A DNA stretch of 64,000 nt from Eledone cirrhosa (Eukaryota): the NCBI GenBank assembly GCA_964016885.1, contig OZ024751.1, forward strand, positions 682,001 to 746,000, given 5' to 3'. Under the pieces are notes generated by a model. It was given only the letters and a program-made list of their open reading frames with translations. It made no database searches and was not told the origin of the DNA. Below, in pieces: positions 53,378 through 64,000 of this stretch. The translations under genes were made by a program, and so were the position numbers. Position 1 is the first letter of the stretch. Each line of letters starts with the position of its first letter.

Positions 53378-53568
53378 TAGTTATGTAATAAATAACAGAT
53401 AATTATTTCATTTACCAGTGGTTTCTTGAGGACAGATATTTATATCTGTTTTCAGTCATCAGAAAGACTTACTATTCTTTCTGATGACTGAAGACAGACA
53501 TAAATATCTGTCCTCAAGAAACCACTGGTAAATGAAATAATTATCTTATGTTGTTTATTACATAGCTA
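53378..53568. ncRNA. Palindrome carrying two divergent hammerheads (53408-53467 minus, 53476-53535 plus)
   Basis: TCTTT CTGATGA CTGAAGACAGA..TCTGTCCTCAA GAAA CCACTGG TA AATGA in each arm; 8-nt spacer. Confidence 0.7.
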
Positions 53569-53598
53569 TATATATATATTGTGTGCATTGATGAATTA

Positions 53599-53769
53599 GC
53601 GGTAGAGGGTCGGATGCCATGCTTTGACGCATAGAGTTACGGCCCTTGCCATTCTAGTTCAAATCCCGCAGAGGTTAACTTTGCCTTTCATCCTTACGGG
53701 GGCGATAAAATAAAGTACCAGTAATGTACTGGGTAATTGCTGGCCTTGTGCCAATAGTAGAAACAATTA
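53599..53769 (+). mobile_element. Nin/Deu-domain-like SINE with TSD
   Basis: Family sequence flanked by attgtgtgcatt at 53578 and 53781. Confidence 0.85.
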
Positions 53770-53789
53770 TATATATATATATTGTGTGC

Positions 53790-53831
<42 letters not shown>

Positions 53832-53834
<3 letters not shown>

Positions 53835-56040
53835 TCATCATCATCGTTTAACATCTATCTTCCACGCTAGCATGGGTTAGATGGGAGTTGTCCCACTTGA
53901 AGCAAGATTGGTCGGGTGACCGTGTCTCACTCGTATAGGACTGTCTGGCAGGTTTTCTATGGCTTGATGCCCTTCCTAACACCAACCACATTTACAGTGT
54001 GGAACTGGGAACTTTTTACTGTGTTACCTACATGGCCACATTACAGCGTGGACTGTGTGTTTTTTTTTATGACACCTACACGATCTCATTAGTTTGGACT
54101 GGATGTTGTGGTACCAACATAACTTTATAGAGAGAGGGTGGTGTTGGCGGGAGTGGGAGGATGAAATGGGGTAGTGGATTGGGGTGTGTTTGGTTTGGGG
54201 GTGCCTACTGACTGTAGGTTAACTTTGTACATAGGCAAGGCAGGTCTTCTGTATTACTGCGTTGCGCGAAAGATCTCGATCCAGTGACATTGTCTTGGAG
54301 AGGTGTAAGTGTGTAAGGTCGGAATTTATCAATTCGTCCCAGATTTTTCTGGGTCTACCTACTCTGTAACTTCCCTCAATTTTCATCGCTCTGCACTTTT
54401 TTATACAGCTATCGTCTTTCATGCGCATCACGTGACCGTACCAATGTAGTCTTCTCTCAAGTAAACAGCATCTGATCCCTCTTATTCCTAATTTCTCACT
54501 TAGTTCATTTATGTTTTGCCGTTCGTGTATATTACTATTACACATCCAACAGAGCATGCATACTTTGTTCCTTTCCAGTCTTCGCACATCCTCTGCACAC
54601 AATGCCCATGTCTCACTGCCATGCAACATTGATGTTCGTATACAAGCATCATACATTTCAATTTCAGAGAAAAATCATTTGTAGCCAACAGCGGTATAAG
54701 CTCTCTGAACTTTTTCCATCTCGTTCTAACTCTGGCTACTGTACTTTCAGAACACCCACCACCACTGCTGATTTTGTCACCCAGGTAACAGAGTGTCCAC
54801 TATTTCTATGGAACCATCTGGGCAGTAGAAGGTGCTAGTATCCTGTGGGCACTTGATACTAATTGCAACTGAGCATCGGCCACATATAAAATCTACATTC
54901 TTAGATAGCTTGCCTGTGATTCCACTACATCTCTTATGTACCCATAGTTTGCATTTGGGACATAGAATGGAATTTCTACCTACTCCTTTCCTACATACTG
55001 AGCATGGTAATTTCCCAGAGGGCACCTGTGCCCTATTTTCCTTCCTACATACTAGAACTCTAGTCTTAGACAAGTTAACTTTGAGGCCTTTTGATTCTAG
55101 GCCTTGCTTACATCTTTGGAATTACTTCTCTAGTTCCGCCATAGATTCAGCTATGAGCGTTAGATCATCTGCATATAGAACTTCACATCAGCAGCCAGTC
55201 TTAAACTCCTCTGTTATAGCCTGAAAGGCAAAAATAAACAGGAGGTGGTTCAGGATAGAGTCTTGATGAACACCGACTTTTACGCTAAATTCTTCACTAT
55301 ATTCATTGTTAATTCTAACCTTAATGACTGTATCTTTATACATGGCTTGTATAGCTCTCACAAGCCATTCATCTACTCCAAGCTTTCTAAGGGCCCACCA
55401 GATAATGGAGCGTGGGACTCTGTCAAAGGCTTTCTCCAAGTCAACAAAAGCTAAGTAGAGGGGTTTACTTTTAGCTAGGTACTTCTCCTGTAGATAAGGC
55501 CTTATCTGCCCATTTTTCAGCTAACATAATTCCTACTCCACCCAGTCCGTTGTCATTTCCCACCCAGAAAAGTTTATAGCATCGTTTTTTTACCCACAAT
55601 GAATCTAGCAGACCCTCTCCACCTAGTCTCTTGAACACAACAAACATCAACTTCCTTACATTAGAGCATCTCTACAACCTCATTTGAGCGACCTTTCAAT
55701 GTACCTACGTTCATGGTACCAACTCTGAAGTTGGGTGGGTGGAATGGATGGGTTGGAGAGGCAGGGAGGGATGTGGGAGACGGAATTGTGTTGGTCATCC
55801 ATGTCTGAAATAAAGATGTGTCCTTGCATTCTCGCCCTGCAGTGGGAGGTGAATTTATCTTTATCTGTGACATTGTCATTGAGTGTTCAGACTTTCCACT
55901 TAGTAAACCGAAAAACAACCAGGTCTAAACTTAAGGAGTAATAACCGAGGTGGTAGCTTTGCTATACAAATTGGTAAGAGAACTTACTATAAACCGCTGA
56001 GTTATGATTGGACCAAATAGCAATGGTGGTGTAGGAGGGC
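53832..56040 (-). mobile_element. Diverged RTE family A-like copy with a large internal deletion
   Basis: The APE start (MNVGTLKGRS..AEKWADK) is joined at about 55492 to RT (LQEKYL); PHD-like finger; 3' UTR. Confidence 0.92.
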
Positions 56041-56073
56041 GAGGAATGGGTAACTTTAAGATATATATATATA

Positions 56074-56253
56074 TTGGCAGTATCGGTAAGGGTCGGACGC
56101 CATGCTTTGAAGCATAGAGTTACCTCCCTTTATGATCTGAGTTCAAATCCCGCCGAGGTTAACTTTGCCTTTCATCCTTACGGGGTCGATAAAATAAAGT
56201 ACCAGTAATGCACTGGAATAATTGCTGGCCTTGTGCCAAAAGTAGAAACAATT
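56074..56253 (+). mobile_element. Nin/Deu-domain-like SINE
   Basis: Family sequence. Confidence 0.88.
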
Positions 56254-56699
56254 ATATATATGTATCATCATCATCATCATCATTTTACATCTGCTTTTCC
56301 CTGCTTGCAGGGAATATATATATATATTTTAAAATATATTTTGTTATGCTGGCTAAATTATGCCCCAAATTCGAGGACTATATTTAAACTCTTAACCTCT
56401 GCTCCCTCCTATCTTCACCCCCCCCCCCCTACATCATGCTGGTTCGCCGCCAATCCCCCCCCCCCCTCCATATATAAAATAAATCCTGAAAGTACGAAAA
56501 ATCAGAATCGCCAATTCCTATTCCGGATGGCTGCTTTCATGGTGTAATGTAACGTACAAATATTTCTTCACTCTTCTCACCATTTTAATTCCTTAGTCCA
56601 TTTGTCATTCTGTATCATTTTTCCCCGAATCCAATCTTTGCTTTTCTACTCGATACTCTAGCGTATTTTCCAAAACAAATCTTGTATTATTGTTTTATG

Positions 56700-59600
56700 C
56701 TTGTTAAATTATGCCCAAAATACGGGGATCTTATTTAAACCTTAACCTTCTCGCTAACTACCCAATATCCCTCCCACCCTCCCCCACGCACCACCATTAT
56801 TACGTGGGCCAATCATAAGTCAGAGGCCTATCCTAACGCTTACCTGGTTGCCTTTCGATATGATGGATGGACTACGGAATTCTGGAGAGTTGAAAAGAAA
56901 AATCTGGACGCTCAGTGACAATGCCAAAGATAAAGACAAATTCACCTCATGGACAAGAATGCAAGGACTCCTCCTCTTTGTTTCGGCCGCGGATGGCTAA
57001 CATAACCCCCCCCCCCCCGCTCCCACCCTCCAAACACAATCCAAAACTTCAGAGTTCGTACCATGAATGTAGGTACCTTAAAGGGTCGCTCTAACGAGGT
57101 TGTAGAAATGCTTGAACGTAAGGAGGTCGATGTTTGTTGTATTCAAGAGACCAGGTGGAGGGGTGGGTCTGCTAGATTCATCGTGGGTAAAGAACGATGC
57201 TATAAGCTTTTCTGGGTGGGAAATGACAATGGGCTGGGTGGAGTAGGAATCATGGTAGCAGAAAAGTGGGCAGATAAGATAATAGACGTAAATAGAGTGA
57301 ACGACAGAATAATTAAAATAAGACTTGTCCTCAATAGAACTACGGTGACAGTAATATCTGTGTACGCACCCCAATCTGGACTGCCCGGCACTATAAAAGA
57401 CAGATTCTATGAGACACTGATGCTCACTACCTCCTAAATAACCGACAGTGACTATATAATTATTGCTGGCGACCTAAATGGTCACGTTGGACAACATTGT
57501 GACGGCTATGACGGAATCCATTGAGGCTATGGGTTTGGTACTAGAAATGAGGAAGGCTCCAGAATCCTGGAATTCTGTGACGCAAATAACCTAACTATCT
57601 GTAACACTAACTTCAAAAAACGAGACAATCACTTGATCACCTACAGATCGGGGTAACACACAAGCCAGGTAGATTATATCCTTACCAGGAGACGTGACAG
57701 AGTGTCTGTTGTAAACACTAAATCCCTCCCCCATGAAGAATGCACGTCTCAACATAGACTCATAATTAGCGACCTCATAGTCAGGACGAGACGTATTCGA
57801 CAATAGAAGAGGACTATCCTCAGGAGAAAAATATGGAAATTAAAGGACCCCATAGCCAGTCATAAATTTAAAAGCATATTACTTGATGCTTTTGATAGTA
57901 AGGAAGAGCAATTAGAGTCGTACAATATAGAGGAACAGTGGGAATTCCTGAAAGCTAACCTGCTGAAGGCGACAGACGAAACCTGTGGCTGGAGCAGGCC
58001 TATAGGCAGGAGGAGAGTAACTTGTTGGGGAACAGTAAGGTGGAGAAGTCAATCAAGGCCAAAAAGCAGGCTTGGAAAGCATGGCGGGATGGGGGAAGTA
58101 GAGAAGACTATCAAGTGGCCAGGAGGGAAGCTAGGAGACAAGTGTACTTCGCAAGAAGGGAAGCAGAGGAAAGAAAGTTCAAGCATGTTCTACAACGCGA
58201 GGATCAAAAACGTGAGGTGTTCAGGATTGCTAGGCAATGTGTCAAGGAAAACAGTGATATTGTCGGGGAGAAGTGTGTCCTAAATGATGATGGTGTACTT
58301 GCCATCACTGACGCTGATAAGAAGGTAGCTTGGAAGTGTCACTACGAAAGGCTACTAAATGAGGAAAATAATTGGGAGAAAGACAGTCTCCCCCACATCG
58401 ACCCAATAGAGGGACCAGCAGTGCAAGTTGAAGGTAGTATAGTAAGTAAGGCGATCAAAGACATGAAGACGTGCAAGGCGGCCGGGCCTTCGGAAATAGT
58501 TGCCGAAATGCTGAAAGCATCTGGAACGGTGGGACACACTATGGTCACCCGGATAGTAAACCAAGTCATACAGAATGGAGTCGTTCCGAAGGACTGGCGC
58601 AGCAGCATCATCATTAACTGCTACAAGGGTAAAGGTGATGCCCTAGATAGGGGAAACTATAGATGCATTAAATTAATTGACCAGGTCATGAAGGTCACAG
58701 AAAAAGTAATAGCGCAACTAATCAGAGAGCGAATTGATCTAGACGAAATGCAGTTTGGGTTTGTGTCATGTAAAAGTACAACAGACGCTCTTTTCATTGT
58801 ACGACAACTACAGGAGAAGTACCTAGCTAAAAGTAAACCCCTATACTTAGCTTTTGTTGACTTGGAGAAAGCCTTTGACAGAGTCCCTCACTCCATTATC
58901 TGGTGGGCCCTTAGAAAACTAGGTGTTGATGAATGGCTTGTGAGAGCTATACAAGCCATGTATAAAGAAACAGTCAGCAAGGTTAAAATTAACAACGAAT
59001 ATAGTGAAGAGTTTAGCGTAAAAGTTGGTGTTCATCAGGGCTCCGTCCTTAGCCCCCTACTATTTATTATTGCCCTTCAGGCTATAACAGAGGAGTTCAA
59101 GACCGGCTGACCATGGGAACTCTTACATGCAGATGATCTAACGCTCATAGCTGAATCAATGGCTGAACTAGAGAAGAAATTCCAAACATGGAAGCATGGC
59201 CTAGAATCAAAAGGCCTTAAAGTTAACTTGTCTAAGACTAAAGTTCTAGTTTGTAGGAAGGAAAATAGGGCACCGGTCCCATCTGGGAAATGGCCATGCT
59301 CAGTGTGTAGGAAAGGAGTAGGTAGAAACTCCATTTTATGTCCCAAATGCAAAGTATGGGTACATAAATGATGTAGTGGGATCACAGGTAAGCTAACTAA
59401 GAATATAGATTTTATATGTGGCCGGTGCTCTGGTGCAATAAGTAGCAGCAAGTGCCCACAGAATACTAACTCATTCCATTGCACAGATGGTTCTATAGAA
59501 ATAGTGGACAGCTTCCGTTACCTGGGTGATAAAATCAGCAGTGGGGGAGGGTGCTCTGAAAGTACAGTAGCTAGAGTCAGAACGGGATGGAAAAAGTTCA

Positions 59601-60479
59601 GGGAGCTTATACCACTATTGGCCGCTAAAGGGTTCTCTCTAAAAATGAAAGGCAGGCTGTATGATGCCTGCATACCAACAGCAATGTTACATGGCAGTGA
59701 GACCTGGGCATTGTGTGCAGAGGATATACGCAGACTGGAGAGAAACGAAGCTTGCATGCTCCACTGGATGTGTAATAGTAATATACGTGAACGGCAAAGC
59801 ATAAACGAACTAAGGGGGAAATTAGAAATAAGGGGGATTAGATGTTGTTTACTCAAGAGAAGACTACGTTGGTATGGTCACGTGATGCGCATGAAAGACG
59901 TCAGCTGTATAAAAACGTGCAGGGCAATAAAAATAGATGGTAGCCACGGAGTAGGCAGACCCAGAAAAACCTGGGACGACTTGATAAACTCCGACCTCAC
60001 ACACTTACACCTCTCCAAGACAATGTTACTGGACCGAGAGCTTTGGCGCTACACAGTAATAGAGAAGACCCGCCTTACCTAAGTACAAAGTGAGACCTAC
60101 TACAGTCAGTAGGCACCTCTAACAAAATACACCCCCGTCCAACTACCCCCACCTCATCCACACCACCCCCACCCCATCCACACCACCCCTTTCAATGTAA
60201 AGTTATGTTGGTGTCACAACATCCTAAACAAATGAGGTCGTGTAGGTGTCACGACAAAAAAACACACAGTCCACGCTGTAATGTGGCCGTGTAGGTAACA
60301 CTGTAAAAACCTCCCACACTGTAAATGTGGTTGGTGTTAGGAAGGGCATCCAGCCGTAGAAAACCCGCCAGACAGTCCTATGCGAGCAAGACAACCACTC
60401 TTGTCTCAAGTGGGAAAACTCCTGTCCAAACCCATGCAAGCGTGGAATATGGACGTTAAACGATGATGATGATGATGAT
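56700..60479 (+). mobile_element. Near full-length RTE LINE family A, inactivated by stops and frameshifts
   Basis: APE from 57063 (CIQETRW), RT 58022-59110, finger, C-terminus ending at 60082, 3' UTR, (GAT)n. The 5' boundary is approximate. Confidence 0.95.
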
Positions 60480-60480
60480 A

Positions 60481-60838
60481 AGTGCTGAGAAGAAAGATGC
60501 ATGGAAGAGCCATTATGATAGATTACGAAATGAGGAGACTGCATGGGAAGAAGAGACCCTACCCCAAGTAGACCCTATAGAGCGGCCAGCAGTACAAGTC
60601 AACAGCAGCGTAGTAAGTAAGGCAATCAAAGATATGAAGACGGGGAAGGCAACCGGCCCATCGGATATGGCTGCCGAGATGTTGAAGGCATCTGGGTCGG
60701 TAGGTCACACCATAACAACACGTATTGTTAACCAGGTAATATCCCAGTCCTATCATCTCATTTCTACAGCTGAGTAAACTGGAGCAATGTGAAATAAAGT
60801 GTCTTCCTCAAGGAAACAACACATCACCCGGTCTGAGA
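60481..60838. mobile_element. Short RTE fragment (+, 60481-60741) joined to a SINE fragment (-, 60742-60838)
   Basis: AWKSHYDRL..MKTGKATGP; reverse complement of the CORE-like SINE centre. Confidence 0.8.
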
Positions 60839-60899
60839 AATGTATATGTTTATATATATGTATATATAATATATATGTTTATATATATATAATGTATAT

Positions 60900-60930
<31 letters not shown>

Positions 60931-60974
60931 ATGACATATATATATAATTATATGTTTATATATATATATATATA

Positions 60975-61004
<30 letters not shown>

Positions 61005-61005
<1 letters not shown>

Positions 61006-62581
61006 CATCATCATCATCATCATCAACGTTTAACGTCCGTGTTCCACGCTTGCATGGGTTTGGACGGGGGTAGTCCCACTTGAGGCAAGAGTGATTGTCT
61101 TGCTCGCATAGGACTGTCTGGCAGGTTTTCTACAGTTGGATGCCCTTCCTAACACCAACCACATTTACAGTGTGGGTCTGGGAGGTTTTTACCGTGTTGC
61201 CTACACGGCCACATTACAGCGTGGACTGTGTGTTTTTTTGTCGTGACACCTACACGATCTCATTTGTTTCGGCCTCGATGGCGCGTCACCAACATAACTT
61301 TACATAGAACGGGGTGGTGTGGATGGGGTGGGGGTGGTGGTGGTGGGACGGGGTGTATTTTGTTAGAGATGCCTACTGGCTGGAGTAGGTTTTACTATAT
61401 ATTTAGGTAAGGCGGGTCTTCTCTGTTACTGAGTACCGCCAAAGGTCTCGGTCCAGTGACATTGTCTTGGAGAGGTGTAAGTGTGTGATGTCGGAGTTTA
61501 TCAGCTCGTCCCAGGTTTTTCTAGGTCTGCCTATTCCGTGACTACCGTCTATCTTTATTGCCCTGCACTTTGTTATACAGCTATCGACTTTCATGCGCAT
61601 CACGTGTCCATACCAACGTAGCCTTCTCTCGAGTAAACAACATCTGATCCCTCTTATCTCTAATTTTTTCCTTAGTTCGTTTATGCTTTGCCGTTCACGT
61701 ATATTACTGTTACACATCCAGCGGAGCATGCAAGCTTCGTTCCTCTCTAGTCTGCGTATATCCTCTGCACACAATGCCCAGGTCTCACTGCCATGCAGCA
61801 TTGCTGTTCGTATGCAGGCATCGTACAACCTGCCTTTCATTTTTAGTGAGAACCCTTTAGCAGCTAATAGTGGTATAAGCTCTCTGAACTTTTTCCAACC
61901 AGTTCTGACTCTAGCTACAGTACTTTCAGAGCACCCTCCCCCACTGCTGATTTTATCGCCCAGGTAACGGAAGCTGTCCACTATTTCTATAGAACCCTCT
62001 GCGCAATTGAAAGAGCTAGTATTTTGTGGGCACTTGCTGTTACTTATTGCACCAGAGCACCGGCCACATGTAAAATCTATGTTCTTAGTTAGCTTACCTG
62101 TGATCCCACTACATCTTTTATGCACCCATACTTTGCATTTAGGACATAAAATGGAGTTTCTACCTACGCCTTTCCTACACACCGAGCACGACCATTTCCC
62201 AGAAGGGACCGCCGCCTTGTTTTCTTTCCTACAAACTAGTACTTTGGTCTTAGCCAGGTTAATTTTAAGTCCTTTTGACTCTAGGGCGTGCTTCCATGTT
62301 TGGAATTTCTTCTCTAGCTCGGCCATTGATTCCGCTATGAGTGTCAGGTCGTCTGCGTATAGGAGTTCCCATGGGCAGCCTGTCTTGAACTCCTCTGTTA
62401 TAGCCTGAAGGGCAATAATAAATAGTAGTGGGCTGAGAACAGCCCTGATGGACGCCAACTTTTACGCTAAACTCTTCACTATATTCGTTGTTAATTCTAA
62501 CCTTGGTGACTGTTTCTTTATACATGGCTTGTATAGCCCTCACAAGCCATTCGTCAACGCCTAGTTTTCTAAGAGCCCACC

Positions 62582-62583
<2 letters not shown>
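61005..62583 (-). mobile_element. 5'-truncated RTE family A
   Basis: ORF 61403-62458 with LYADD, finger and C-terminus; 3' UTR. Confidence 0.95.
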
Positions 62584-62619
<36 letters not shown>

Positions 62620-62836
62620 AATGAATAATAACAGGTAGACATCATAAAAAGGTAATTTATTCCGTGTGCTTACAAGTGTTTCCACGGTGGTACTGCAGCC
62701 TAGTTATGCTACGTGCAAATTCACAAGTACTTGCAAGTACAAGCCCTGCAGTCGGGGTCATACATTTTCCTATAAATAAACATATACATATGTATATATA
62801 TAAACATATATATAAATATATACATATATATATGTA

Positions 62837-64000
62837 CAGGGTGCGGACGATATTTGTTCGCAAGATTACTGTCTAGGAAAAATAAGATTTATTTATCAAA
62901 CTTGGGTCAGTTTGTCTTCATGACTTGTTCTTTCGATCTCACTCGATTAACCCGCCATTGGCTTTGATGACGGCCTCAAGGCGGCCTTGAAACCGGCTAC
63001 AGGCCTTCGTCACTGTCCCCTGACTTAGGCCCCTAAAGGCACTTATGATCCTGGCCTTCAGATCGTCTTTCATATTGCAGCTAGATCTGTTGGGGTCTCG
63101 TTCCACGGTGCCCCACACAAAGAAGTCGAAGGGGTTACAGTCAGGCGAGCTGGGAGGCCAGATTTCAGGTGAAGTGTGGTCGACGAAGTTCTCTGACAGC
63201 CAGGCTTGGGTCTTTCGGCTGGTATGGCAGGGCGCTGAGTCTTGCTGCCACACGTACGGCCTACCTGCAGCTACCTGGTCGATCCAAGGCTTTACTACCT
63301 CGCTCAGAACGCAGATGTAGCCATGGGTGTTCAGCTTGAGGCTCTCAGGGAAGAAGTGAGGTGGCATGACGTCACCTTGACTGCTGATGATGCCTAAGAC
63401 CAATGTTGTCGCTGGAAACTTTGTCTGCATGACTCTGGGCACGTCTATGGATGAAACAGCGAGCCACCTGTTCTGGGAGTTGATCTTCTGGTCTTGGCAG
63501 AAGTTTTTCTCGTTGGAGAAAAACCACAGCATGTCTGGCTCTAGTGGGTGATACAACTTGTTGATCAGCTTCTTTGCGTTCTTCAGTTGCTTATCTTGCA
63601 TCGCCTTTGACAGCAATTGTCCTTTCCTCATCTTGTATGAAACGTAGCGAATGTCTTCATGCACCACCAGCCTAATGAGCTTTTCATCCATGCCTTTCTC
63701 CCTTGCAATGGCACGCATCGACTTGCTAGGTTAATTGTTGATGATATCCTGAACTTCAGCGACAAACTCGGGCGTTCTGAAGGCGTCAGATCGTCGATCA
63801 TGTGTTTTCCTCTCTGATGTTGTTTCGTAGTCGAATCCTGAATGTTCCAATTCCTTTCTGACTTTTTCCACCATTCTCCTGCTGACGCTGAGAAAGTCTG
63901 AAATTTCCTTATTTGTCCTCCCGGCGCAGATTCCACAAATTTGGAGGTTCAAAATTATTCATAATCAATTATTTTGAAAATAAATAATGGAAATATAGTC
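62837..64000 (-). mobile_element. Second DD37D mariner copy, running off the window
   Basis: Same TIR after TA; ORF 62939-63718. Confidence 0.93.

Noticed and set aside
25302-62408. Recurrent antisense ORFs such as MLCRSRILLLHIQ and MPFLTPT
   Set aside because: They are shadow frames of repeated RTE and SINE copies, not independent genes.

Overview
AT-rich eukaryotic (metazoan) genomic DNA. The SINE types, RTE LINEs and dense (TA)n microsatellites suggest a mollusc, probably an octopod cephalopod (inference). Bases 1-19.2 kb are a homogeneous 26-bp satellite; its giant + strand ORFs are artefacts. Two splice-compatible exons (20317-20618, 24313-24454) encode a decapeptide-repeat segment followed by the start of a BTB/POZ domain, so most of the window is probably intronic. 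The rest is a transposon patchwork: RTE LINEs with a PHD-type finger inside the RT, Penelope-like RT and GIY-YIG fragments, two DD37D mariners, two SINE groups and several MITEs. The most notable signal is about a dozen minimal type I hammerhead ribozyme motifs. They include a 310-bp retrozyme-like tandem plus inverted array, a palindromic double hammerhead, and two diverged copies sharing a non-canonical CCGAnGA core. All folds were read by eye and none was computed.
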